From Oscillospiraceae bacterium (lineage in GTDB: Bacteria; Bacillota; Clostridia; Oscillospirales; Oscillospiraceae): DNA of 64,000 nt. The stretch lies in contig JAFRQP010000088.1 in the NCBI GenBank assembly GCA_017428565.1, forward strand, positions 28,651-92,650, written 5' to 3'. Below are positions 17,971-26,672 of the stretch, in pieces (the stretch's first letter is position 1; the number at the start of each line of letters is the position of its first letter). Under the pieces are notes generated by a model. It searched no databases, was not told where the DNA came from, and saw nothing but the letters and a program-made list of their open reading frames with translations. The translations under genes were made by a program, and so were the position numbers.

Positions 17971-19171
17971 GGCGGAATTGCTGTCCCCGGCTGGGGATCG
18001 GGAACGACTTCGGCTTGCCGTCCTCTACGGCGCGGACGCGGTGTATCTTGCGGGACGTCAGTTCGGCATGAGGTCCTCCGCCGTGAATTTCAGCGACGAG
18101 GACCTGCGCTGGGCTGTGGATTACGCTCACGCCCGCGGCGTGAAGATCTATGTCACCTGCAACACGCTCCCCCGGGAGGCGGAGCTGCGGGAGCTTCCTG
18201 CTTATCTGGAATTTCTTCAGGAGGCCGGGGTGGACGCGCTGATCATTGCGGACCTGGGAGTGCTGGAGCTGGCAAAGCTCCACGCGCCCCGGGTGGCAAG
18301 GCATGTGAGCACCCAGTTCGGCGTGATCAACAGCGCCACGGCAAATTCCCTGTTTCGCCTCGGCGCGGATACGGTTGTCCTGGCCCGGGAGACACCTCTG
18401 GAGGATATCCGGAAGATCCGGGACAATACGCCGCCGGAGCTTCGCATCGAGGCCTTCGTCCATGGCGCCATGTGCGTCAGCTTTTCCGGTCGCTGCCTGC
18501 TGTCCAATTATCTCACCGGGCGGGATGCCAACCGGGGCCAGTGCGCCCAGCCCTGCCGCTGGAAGTACCATCTGGTGGAGGAGACCCGACCCGGCCAGTA
18601 TTTCGAAATCACCGAGGACGGCGGCACCTATATCCTGAACAGCAGGGACATGCGCATGATCGAGCATTTGCCGGAGCTGCTGGAGGCCGGAGTTTCCAGC
18701 TTGAAGATCGAGGGCCGCATGAAGTCCGCTTACTACACAGCGGTGACAACGAACGCCTACCGCCATGCCCTGGACGCTGCGCTGGCGGGGGAGCCGCTGG
18801 ATCCCTTATGGGTGGCGGAGACCGAAAAATGCAGCCACCGCCCCTACACCACGGGATTTTACTTCGATGAACCGGGACAGCACTACGACGAGGCCAGCTA
18901 TTCCTCCACCGCAGAGATCGCGGCGGTGGTGCAGAGCTGTGGGGAAGACCGCATGGCGCTTCTGACCCAGCGGAACAAGATCTTTCCCGGCGACGCTCTG
19001 GAATTGCTGCTGCCGGAAGGGGAACCGATCTCCTTCACGGCAGGGGAGCTTTTCGACGAGGAGGGGAATCCCATCTCGGACACCCGCCGCGCCATGATGC
19101 GCTTTCGGTTGAGGCTGCCGGCGGATGCGCCGGAGGGCGCAATTGTCCGTAAGCGCCTGGAAAAGGCTTGA
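17960..19171 (+). CDS. Peptidase U32 family protein (RlhA/TrhP-like)
   Basis: AELLSPAGDRERLRLAVLYGADAVYLAG..FGMR is the U32 N-terminal signature. The start overlaps the mltG stop by 11 nt. Confidence 0.85.
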   Translation: MAAKAELLSPAGDRERLRLAVLYGADAVYLAGRQFGMRSSAVNFSDEDLRWAVDYAHARGVKIYVTCNTLPREAELRELPAYLEFLQEAGVDALIIADLGVLELAKLHAPRVARHVSTQFGVINSATANSLFRLGADTVVLARETPLEDIRKIRDNTPPELRIEAFVHGAMCVSFSGRCLLSNYLTGRDANRGQCAQPCRWKYHLVEETRPGQYFEITEDGGTYILNSRDMRMIEHLPELLEAGVSSLKIEGRMKSAYYTAVTTNAYRHALDAALAGEPLDPLWVAETEKCSHRPYTTGFYFDEPGQHYDEASYSSTAEIAAVVQSCGEDRMALLTQRNKIFPGDALELLLPEGEPISFTAGELFDEEGNPISDTRRAMMRFRLRLPADAPEGAIVRKRLEKA

Positions 19172-19204
19172 CAAAAGCGGACTTTGTGATAAACTAACCA
19201 CGTT

Positions 19205-19432
19205 ATATCGGCGTTGACGAAACGAGTCGGCGCGGAGCTTTTCAGAGAGAGACCGGCTGGTGCGAGGTCTCATGTCTCCCGTCTGACAGCCACTTCGGAG
19301 CCACCCCGGGACGACCGGGGCGTCTGCCCGCGTTAAGGGCGCTTGAGAGGCCGCTTTGCGGCGAATCAGGGTGGTACCGCGAATTCTTGTAATTTCGCCC
19401 CTGTTCCGTTTCGGGACAGGGGCATCTTTTTT
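19205..19432 (+). promoter_or_regulatory. T-box riboswitch leader (alanine, specifier GCC)
   Basis: CAGAGAGAGACCGGCTGGTGCGAG in stem I, AGCCA in the specifier region and the T-box AATCAGGGTGGTACCGCG. Terminator GCCCCTGTTCCG/CGGGACAGGGGC plus T6. A TTGACA -35 lies at 19168-19173. Confidence 0.85.
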
Positions 19433-19447
19433 GAGAGGAAAGAAACC

Positions 19448-22084
19448 ATGGAAAAATACGGACTGAATCAACTGCGGGAAATGTTCCTGCGCTTTTTCGA
19501 GAGCAAAGGCCATCTGCGCCTGCCCAGCTTCTCCCTGATCCCCCAGGGGGACGCCAGCCTTCTGCTCATCAACTCCGGCATGGCCCCCATGAAGCCCTAT
19601 TTCAAGGGCGAGAAGGAGCCGCCCCGCCGCCGGGTCTGCACCTGCCAGAAGTGCATCCGCACCGGCGATATCGAGAACATCGGCAAGACCGCCCGCCACG
19701 GCACCTATTTTGAGATGCTGGGCAATTTCTCCTTCGGCGATTATTTCAAGCGCGAAGCCATCCACTGGAGCTGGGAGTTTTTGACCAGCCCCGACTGGGT
19801 GGGCCTGGATCCCAATCGCCTCTATCCCTCCATCTATGTGGAGGACGACGAAGCCTTTGAGATCTGGAACAAGGAGGTCGGCATCGCCCCGGAGCGCATT
19901 TTCCGCTTCGGCAAGGAGGACAACTTCTGGGAGCACGGCGCCGGCCCCTGCGGCCCCTGCTCGGAGATCTATTACGACCGGGGCGAGAAATACGGCTGCG
20001 GCAAGCCCGACTGCACCGTGGGCTGCGACTGCGACCGGTATATCGAGGTTTGGAACAACGTGTTTTCCCAGTTCGATAACGACGGGGAAGGTCACTACAC
20101 CGAGCTCAAGCAGAAGAACATCGACACCGGCATGGGCCTGGAGCGTCTGGCCGTTGTGTGCCAGGGGGTGGACTCCCTCTTCGATGTGGACACGGTGATG
20201 AACATCACCCACAAGGTCAGCGAGCTCACCGGCGCCTTCTACGGCAAGAGCCACAAGATGGACGTGTCCCTGCGGGTCATCACCGACCATATCCGCTCCG
20301 CCACCTTTATGATCTGCGACGGGGTGTTGCCCTCCAACGAGGGCCGGGGCTATGTGCTGCGCAGGCTTTTGCGCCGCGCCGCCCGCCATGGCAAGCTCCT
20401 GGGCGTCAACGACCCCTTCCTGTATCAGGTGATCGACACCGTCATCCACGAAAACGAGTGCCAGTATCCCGAGCTGCGGGAGAAGCAGGCCTATATCACC
20501 CGGGTGGTCAAGACCGAGGAAGAGAACTTTGCCAAGACCATCGACGCCGGCATGAAGATCTTCAGCGATATGCTCTCCGAGCATAAGACGAAGGGAGAGA
20601 GCACCTTCTCCGGTGCCGACGCCTTCAAGCTCTACGACACCTACGGCTTCCCCATCGACCTGACCATCGAGATGTGCGCCGACGAGGGCATGACCGTGGA
20701 TGAAGACGGCTTTAAACAGCTTATGCAGGAGCAGCGCGTCCGCGCCCGCGAGGCCCGCGCCGCCTTGGGCGATCTGGGCTGGGCGGGGGTCAGCTTCGGC
20801 AAAGAGATCCCCGAGACGATTTTTGAGGGCTATGCCAAGCAGCGCGTCCAGGCGAAGGTGCTTGCCATTGTGGCTGACGGCGAGCTGCGGGATGAGATCC
20901 CCGCCGGGACCGAGGCCATTGTGGTGCTGGACCGCACCAGCCTCTATGCCGAGATGGGCGGTCAGGTGGCCGACCACGGCACGCTGTCTGCTGATGGGCT
21001 CCTCTTTGTAGTCAGTGACGTGCAGAAGAACAAGGGCGGCAAGTACATGCACACCGGTCTGCTGCAGGAAGGTGTGCTGAAGCTGGGCGATACGGTCACC
21101 GCCGAATATGACGCCGCGCGCCGCGGCGCTATCGCCCGCGCCCACAGCGCGACGCATCTGCTGCAGAGCGCCCTGCGGGACGTGCTGGGCGATCATGTGC
21201 ACCAGGCCGGCTCTCTGGTGGAGCCTGACTTCCTGCGCTTTGACTTTACCCATTTCTCCGCCGTGACGCCGGAGGAGCTCAGAAGGGTGGAGGAAAAGGT
21301 CAACGCCGCCATTCTGGAGGGTCTGACCGTCGATACCAGGGAAATGTCCCTGGATGAGGCCCGCAAGAGCGGCGCAACCGCTCTCTTCGGGGAAAAGTAC
21401 GGCGATGTGGTACGCGTCGTCAGCATGGGCGATTACAGCGTGGAACTCTGCGGCGGCACCCATTTGAACAACACGGCCAAGGCCGGGCTGTTCCACATCA
21501 GCTCCGAGGGCTCCGTTGCCTCCGGCGTGCGCCGCATCGAGGCGACCACCGGTCTGCGTACCCTGGAGACCCTGCATAAGGATGTTGAGGCCATCTCCGC
21601 CGTCTCCGCGCTCTTCAAGGCCAATCCTGCGGACATGCTGCAGAAGGTGGAGCAGCAGGCGGCGGAACTGAAGGAGGCCAAGCGGCTGATCCAGCAGTAT
21701 AAGGACAAGGAGTCTGCCGGCGGCGCCGATGCCCTGCTGAAGAACGCGAAGGAGATCGGCGGCCTGCACATTGTGACCTGCGGCCAGGGCGAGTGCGATG
21801 CGGCCGGCCTTCGGAAAATGGGCGATGCGCTGCGGGACAAGGACGGCGCTGTTGTGGCTGTCATCGCCGCAGTGAACGGGGACAAGATCACCTTCCAGTG
21901 CGTCTGCGGCAAGGAGGCTGTTTCAAAGGGTGTCCGCGCCGGGGACATCATCAAACACATCACCGCCATTGCCGGAGGCAAGGGCGGCGGCAAGCCCGAT
22001 TCCGCCATGGGCGGCGGCAACGACGTCAGCAAACTGAAGGATGCGCTTTCCGCTGTGGAAAGCTTTGTCAGCGAAAAGTTTTAA
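19448..22084 (+). CDS. alaS: Alanine--tRNA ligase
   Basis: 878 aa beginning MEKYGLNQLREMFLRFFESKGH, with editing-domain HSATHLL and a C-terminal DHHA1 domain. ATG at 19448 lies after the T-box terminator. Confidence 0.95.
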   Translation: MEKYGLNQLREMFLRFFESKGHLRLPSFSLIPQGDASLLLINSGMAPMKPYFKGEKEPPRRRVCTCQKCIRTGDIENIGKTARHGTYFEMLGNFSFGDYFKREAIHWSWEFLTSPDWVGLDPNRLYPSIYVEDDEAFEIWNKEVGIAPERIFRFGKEDNFWEHGAGPCGPCSEIYYDRGEKYGCGKPDCTVGCDCDRYIEVWNNVFSQFDNDGEGHYTELKQKNIDTGMGLERLAVVCQGVDSLFDVDTVMNITHKVSELTGAFYGKSHKMDVSLRVITDHIRSATFMICDGVLPSNEGRGYVLRRLLRRAARHGKLLGVNDPFLYQVIDTVIHENECQYPELREKQAYITRVVKTEEENFAKTIDAGMKIFSDMLSEHKTKGESTFSGADAFKLYDTYGFPIDLTIEMCADEGMTVDEDGFKQLMQEQRVRAREARAALGDLGWAGVSFGKEIPETIFEGYAKQRVQAKVLAIVADGELRDEIPAGTEAIVVLDRTSLYAEMGGQVADHGTLSADGLLFVVSDVQKNKGGKYMHTGLLQEGVLKLGDTVTAEYDAARRGAIARAHSATHLLQSALRDVLGDHVHQAGSLVEPDFLRFDFTHFSAVTPEELRRVEEKVNAAILEGLTVDTREMSLDEARKSGATALFGEKYGDVVRVVSMGDYSVELCGGTHLNNTAKAGLFHISSEGSVASGVRRIEATTGLRTLETLHKDVEAISAVSALFKANPADMLQKVEQQAAELKEAKRLIQQYKDKESAGGADALLKNAKEIGGLHIVTCGQGECDAAGLRKMGDALRDKDGAVVAVIAAVNGDKITFQCVCGKEAVSKGVRAGDIIKHITAIAGGKGGGKPDSAMGGGNDVSKLKDALSAVESFVSEKF

Positions 22085-22096
22085 GGAGGATTCACA

Positions 22097-22441
22097 ATGG
22101 ATCAGGACTGCATTTTTTGCCGGATCATCGCCGGAGAGATCCCCAGCGCAAAGGTCTATGAGGACGAGTATGTCTTCGCCTTTCGGGATATCAATCCTCA
22201 GGCGCCCGTGCACATTCTGGTGGTTCCCAAGAAGCACATTTGCTGCGCCCGGGGCATCAACGAGAACAACTCTCTCTATGTTGCCAAGTGCTTTGAGGCA
22301 ATTGCCAAAATCGCCAGGCAGGAGGGGCTGATGAACGGATTCCGCGTGGTCAACAACTGCGGAGAAGACGGCGGCCAGTCCGTCATGCATCTGCATTTTC
22401 ATCTGATCGGCGGCGTCAAGCTGTCCGAAAAGATCCTCTAA
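22097..22441 (+). CDS. HIT family (histidine triad) nucleotide hydrolase
   Basis: CIFCRII and HLHFHLIGG motifs. RBS AAGGAGG. Confidence 0.88.
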   Translation: MDQDCIFCRIIAGEIPSAKVYEDEYVFAFRDINPQAPVHILVVPKKHICCARGINENNSLYVAKCFEAIAKIARQEGLMNGFRVVNNCGEDGGQSVMHLHFHLIGGVKLSEKIL

Positions 22442-22444
22442 TGA

Positions 22445-22480
22445 AAAAACCGCAGAGAGCCCTTGCCCTCTGCGGTTTTT
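22445..22480 (+). terminator. Rho-independent terminator after alaS and the HIT-family gene
   Basis: Stem ACCGCAGAG / CTCTGCGGT followed by TTTTT. Confidence 0.7.
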
Positions 22481-22499
22481 GAAAGCGGGGTGAGCGTGC

Positions 22500-24782
22500 T
22501 TGCGCAAGCTTGCGATCTGCCTGTTCTCTTTTTCCGCAGCGATCTTCGCCGCAAACTACCTGCTGCCTGCCGCGTGGCTGCTTTGGCTTGCCGCGAGTTT
22601 TGCGCTGGCCTGCATTTTGATCCTGCTGCTTCGGCAGGATTGGATGTTGGGCTTTGCTCTGATTTGTTTTGGCATTTCCGCGGGCTGCCTCTGCTTTTCC
22701 GTCCACGCCATGCTTACCATGACGCCGAGTGTGCGGCTTGACGGGAAAACCCTGGAGATCGAGGGACGGGTCCTTGCCTATCCGCAGGTATATGACAACT
22801 ATACCAGGGTAGAGATCCGCCTGATCGGGGAGGATCTGCCCCATGTGGGCATGTTCCTGTATGACAATGAAAACGTACTGGCGGAAGCCGCCCCGGGGGA
22901 TACGGTGCGCTGCACGGTCCGCGTGAAGCGGGGAGATCAGCGATACGGCGAATATGACACCGGCTTTCTTTCCCGGGATGTTTATCTGACCGGACGCGCG
23001 CTTTCCAGCCCGGAACGGACGCCCGGCGGCTTCGATCTGCGAAGTCTTCCGGCAAAGCTCAATCACGCCCTTTCGGCAAAGGGAGACGAGCTGTTTCCCG
23101 CCGACACCGCGGCCTTTATGAAGTCTCTGATGCTGGGAGACAAAAGCGACCTGTACCAGGACGACGCGCTGCTTGTGGCCATGACCAGGGCGGGGCTCAT
23201 GCACATCGTGGCGGTCTCGGGCATGCACATTGCGTTTCTGATCGGCCTGCTGCAGATGCTCTTCGGCAAAGGGGCGAAAAGCTCGCTGCTGTGCCTGCTG
23301 ATGATCTGGGCCTTTGTGCTGATCACAGGCTCTTCGCCTTCCGCCCTCCGCGCCGCCGTCATGCAGAGCTTTCTGCTCCTTGCGCCCCTTGTCCGGCGGG
23401 AGAACGATCCCGCCACCTCTCTTTCCGTCGCGCTGGCGCTGATCCTGGCTGTGAACCCTTACGCCGCGTGCAGTGTCAGCCTGCAGCTGTCTTTTTCCGC
23501 CATGGCGGGCATCCTCTGCCTTGCAGAGCCCTTCCGGGAAGCCTTGAACGAGCTGTTTTCCGAGCGTTGGCAGAAGCGCCTGCATTTTGTCACCAGCACC
23601 GCCGCCAGCTCCCTCGCGGTTCTGGCTTTCTCCGCGCCGTTTTTGCTGCTGCATTTCCGCTCGGTCTCGCTGCTTTCTCCGCTGACGAATATCCTGTGCC
23701 TCTGGGCAGTCTCATTCTGCTTTTGCGGCGGCTTTTTCAGCTGCCTTCTGGGTTTTGTGTTTCTGCCGCTGGGAAAAGCGGCTGCCTGGCTCTGCAGCTG
23801 GATCGCCCGGTATCTGTTCCTGATCGCCAAGGGCGTTTCCTCTATTTCCTTTTCCACGCTGTATGTGCGGGATCGGTTTTCTGTCATCTGGATCGTTCTC
23901 GTCTACGCCTTGTTTACACTGGCCTGGTTCAGCAGGCTCAAGCCCTGGAAACGGATCGTTTTTCCCGTCGCGCTCTCCGCCCTGTCTCTGGCGCTTTTGC
24001 TTTTTGCGATCCATGGCAGATACAGCAGGGGAGTGGGAACCATCAGTGTGATCGACGTGGGGCAGGGACAGTGCATCGCCGTGATGGCCGGTGACAAGAC
24101 CCTTGTGATCGACTGCGGCGGCATCAACGACGCCCGAAATGCCGGTGAGGAGGCAGGCGCCTATCTGCGCTCCCGCGGGAGAAAGCAGGTTGACTTGCTG
24201 CTTTTGACCCATCTGCACGCGGACCACTGCAACGGCGTTTCGCGCTTGATGGAGATGATGCCGGTGAAGGAGATCCTGATCCCCGCGGATCTGGAAGATG
24301 AAGACAATCTGCTGGACGAGATCGAGAACGCTGCGGAGAGACATGGAATCGAGATCGAATATCTGCGGGAGGACAGTCTGATTTTTCTCGGCCCCATCGG
24401 GCTGCAGCTCTTTGCGCCGTCCGGAAACGGAGACGCCAACGAGCGCTGCATGTGTATGCTGGTCTCCCTGGGAAGCTACGACATGCTGATTACCGGAGAC
24501 TCTTCCAAGACCGTGGAGCGGGAGCTGCTGGACCGGTATCAGCTGCATGATATCGAGCTGTTGATCGTGGGTCATCACGGCTCCCGTTACGCAAGCTCCG
24601 GCGAGCTGCTTGGCAGCATCGGGGCGGATACAGCCATTATCAGCGTGGGCTACAACAACTATGGACACCCGACCTACGAGACCCTGGAACGGCTGGACGC
24701 ATACGGCTATGGGATCTACCGCACCGATTTGAACGGAACTGTGGAAGTACAGGTGGGAGACAGCTATGGCGAAGAAAACTGA
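22500..24782 (+). CDS. comEC: DNA internalization competence protein ComEC/Rec2
   Basis: 760 aa, polytopic, with a Competence domain (GLMHIVAVSGMHIA) and a C-terminal metallo-beta-lactamase domain (LTHLHADHCNG). TTG start; the exact start is uncertain. Confidence 0.88.
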   Translation: MRKLAICLFSFSAAIFAANYLLPAAWLLWLAASFALACILILLLRQDWMLGFALICFGISAGCLCFSVHAMLTMTPSVRLDGKTLEIEGRVLAYPQVYDNYTRVEIRLIGEDLPHVGMFLYDNENVLAEAAPGDTVRCTVRVKRGDQRYGEYDTGFLSRDVYLTGRALSSPERTPGGFDLRSLPAKLNHALSAKGDELFPADTAAFMKSLMLGDKSDLYQDDALLVAMTRAGLMHIVAVSGMHIAFLIGLLQMLFGKGAKSSLLCLLMIWAFVLITGSSPSALRAAVMQSFLLLAPLVRRENDPATSLSVALALILAVNPYAACSVSLQLSFSAMAGILCLAEPFREALNELFSERWQKRLHFVTSTAASSLAVLAFSAPFLLLHFRSVSLLSPLTNILCLWAVSFCFCGGFFSCLLGFVFLPLGKAAAWLCSWIARYLFLIAKGVSSISFSTLYVRDRFSVIWIVLVYALFTLAWFSRLKPWKRIVFPVALSALSLALLLFAIHGRYSRGVGTISVIDVGQGQCIAVMAGDKTLVIDCGGINDARNAGEEAGAYLRSRGRKQVDLLLLTHLHADHCNGVSRLMEMMPVKEILIPADLEDEDNLLDEIENAAERHGIEIEYLREDSLIFLGPIGLQLFAPSGNGDANERCMCMLVSLGSYDMLITGDSSKTVERELLDRYQLHDIELLIVGHHGSRYASSGELLGSIGADTAIISVGYNNYGHPTYETLERLDAYGYGIYRTDLNGTVEVQVGDSYGEEN

Positions 24783-25806
24783 GGAAAAATTCAATTATTC
24801 CCGCGCCCTGCGGATACTGATGGAAAAGGGGCCCGAGAAGCTCTATCTCCTCTGGGGGCCGGAGGACTACCTGCGGGAGCACTATTTGAGCCAGCTGAAG
24901 AAGCTCTGTCTCCCCGACGGGGAGGAAAGCTTCAGCTTCAAGCGCCTGAACGGGCCGGAGCTGGATCCGCGGGAGCTGGAGCAGGCCGTAGACGCCGTGC
25001 CCTTCCTCTCAGAGCGCAGCTTTGTGGAGCTGCGCGGGGTGGATCTGAACCGTCTGAAAGAAGGGGAGAGGATCCTTTCCGTTCTTTCCGATATTCCCGA
25101 CTATTGCACGGTCGTTTTTGTTCAGAGCGCGGAGTTTGAGCCCGACGGCAGGATCAAGCTGGTGAAAAATCTGCGCGGTCTGTGCAGGGAGATCCAATTT
25201 ACCCGGCAGACCCAGGGAGATCTGGTCCCTTGGATCGCCAAGCGCTTCTCCGCTTTGGGAAAAGGGATCGAGATGGAAGCGGCGCAGCGGCTGATTTTTA
25301 TCAGCGGCGATCTGATGAACCGGCTGATTCCCGAGATCGAAAAGGTCGCGGCCTACGCCAAGGGAGAGAAGGTGACAGTTTCCGACGTGGAGGCTGTGGC
25401 CAATCACATTCCCGAGGCGGTCATCTTTCAGATGACGGATTTGATCTCCCAGAAAAAGATCAACAACGCGCTGGAAAAGCTTGCGGAGCTGCTTTCCGAT
25501 AAAAACAACGAACCCATCCCCATGCTTGCCATGCTTGGCGTCCAGATGCGGCGTCTGTACGCGGCAAGACTGGCGCTTGAGAGAAAGCTGGGGGCGAAGT
25601 ATGTCATGGAGACCTGCTCCTGCAAATACGATTTCCAGGCAAATCAGCTCCTACAGGCGGCGAGAGGTTTTTCCCTGCCCCAGCTTATCCGCGCGGTCGA
25701 GCTCTGCGCGGAGGCGGATTACCGCTTGAAAAGCGAGCCTGTGGACGACAGGGAGCTTTTCAAGGAGACCGTGGTGCGGATTGCCGCAGGGGACTGCGAT
25801 GCATAG
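24766..25806 (+). CDS. holA: DNA polymerase III delta subunit
   Basis: 346 aa with YLLWGPEDYL near the N-terminus. Lies in comEC-holA synteny and overlaps the comEC stop by 17 nt. Confidence 0.85.
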   Translation: MAKKTEEKFNYSRALRILMEKGPEKLYLLWGPEDYLREHYLSQLKKLCLPDGEESFSFKRLNGPELDPRELEQAVDAVPFLSERSFVELRGVDLNRLKEGERILSVLSDIPDYCTVVFVQSAEFEPDGRIKLVKNLRGLCREIQFTRQTQGDLVPWIAKRFSALGKGIEMEAAQRLIFISGDLMNRLIPEIEKVAAYAKGEKVTVSDVEAVANHIPEAVIFQMTDLISQKKINNALEKLAELLSDKNNEPIPMLAMLGVQMRRLYAARLALERKLGAKYVMETCSCKYDFQANQLLQAARGFSLPQLIRAVELCAEADYRLKSEPVDDRELFKETVVRIAAGDCDA

Positions 25807-26407
25807 GATCAAAGAAGTGATCGTCGTGGAGGGCCGCTACGACAAAAATACGCTCCGCCAGGTCGTGGATGCGGACATCCTGGAAACTGCCGGCTTCGGC
25901 ATCTTCAAAGATAAGCAGAAGCAGAAGCTGCTGCGCCGGATCGCGGAGCAGCGCGGACTCGTGGTCCTGACCGATTCCGACAGCGCCGGGTTCGTGATCC
26001 GCAGCTTTATCCGGAGCTGCGTTGCTCCCGAGTTTCTGAAGCACGCCTATATCCCGGATCAATACGGGAAAGAGCGCAGAAAAAGCTCCCCCTCCAAAGA
26101 GGGAAAGCTGGGGGTGGAAGGAATGCGCCCGGAGGTCCTTCTGGAGGCGCTGCGGCGCGCCGGAGCAAGCTTTCTTGACGAAGAAGATAAAGCGGCAAAC
26201 CGGCCTAAAATCACAAAAGCGGATTTCTACGCCCTGGGACTGAGCGGACGGAAGGACAGCAGGTCCCGCCGGGCGTCGCTGCTGAAAAGTCTGGACCTTC
26301 CCGAACGGCTGACCTCGGACGGGCTGCTGGAGATCCTCAACGGTCTGATGAGCCGGGAGGACTTCCTGCGCCGGTACCGAGCCGATCCTCCAGACAGGGC
26401 GGAATGA
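25799..26407 (+). CDS. Toprim domain protein (RNase M5-like / DUF4093)
   Basis: KEVIVVEGRYDKNTL...VVLTDSDSAGFVIR shows the Toprim E and DxD motifs. ATG at 25799 overlaps the holA stop. Confidence 0.6.
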   Translation: MHRIKEVIVVEGRYDKNTLRQVVDADILETAGFGIFKDKQKQKLLRRIAEQRGLVVLTDSDSAGFVIRSFIRSCVAPEFLKHAYIPDQYGKERRKSSPSKEGKLGVEGMRPEVLLEALRRAGASFLDEEDKAANRPKITKADFYALGLSGRKDSRSRRASLLKSLDLPERLTSDGLLEILNGLMSREDFLRRYRADPPDRAE

Positions 26408-26606
26408 GGACCGCCAGCAGCAGGCAGACCTGGCTGCTCTCCTGAAACGCGGCTGCCTGGAGCCGAAGCGCGCTCTCTCCCCGGCTATGGGACAGAAGCA
26501 GAAGAGCGCAAAACAGCAGCAGACAGCTGAACTGCAGCGAGCGGATCAAATATTCCCACGCCGCCGGACACATCCGCAGCATTCTTCCGAACACCTTATG
26601 TAGCAT
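26337..26606 (-). CDS. Hypothetical small membrane protein (about 89 aa, two hydrophobic segments)
   Basis: ATG at 26606 follows GGAGGAGGG, and third codon positions are GC-rich. However, the RBS lies inside a hairpin (26609-26650), and the 3' end overlaps the convergent Toprim gene by 71 nt. Confidence 0.3.
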   Translation of the reverse strand: MLHKVFGRMLRMCPAAWEYLIRSLQFSCLLLFCALLLLSHSRGESALRLQAAAFQESSQVCLLLAVLIPPCLEDRLGTGAGSPPGSSDR

Positions 26607-26672
26607 GAAAGATCCCTCCTCCGTGCCAGTGTACACGGAAGAGGGATCTTCTGCAAGGAACAGGTTTTTCCA

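Noticed and set aside
18806-21769. A 987-aa minus-strand ORF antisense to alaS. Similar long antisense ORFs occur at 36693-39425 (+), 27138-29528 (+), 33865-36186 (-), 3636-5465 (-), 12435-13916 (-), 14791-16098 (-), 16564-17907 (-) and 11009-12196 (-).
   Set aside because: Their translations are Arg/Gly/Ala/Pro/His-rich low-complexity sequence with no motifs. Each lies exactly opposite a confidently identified gene. They are shadow ORFs caused by GC-rich codon bias.
26609-26650. A 15-bp hairpin after the ABC transporter stop as an intrinsic terminator.
   Set aside because: No T-run follows on either strand. It also contains the only RBS for the doubtful 89-aa ORF, so its role is ambiguous.
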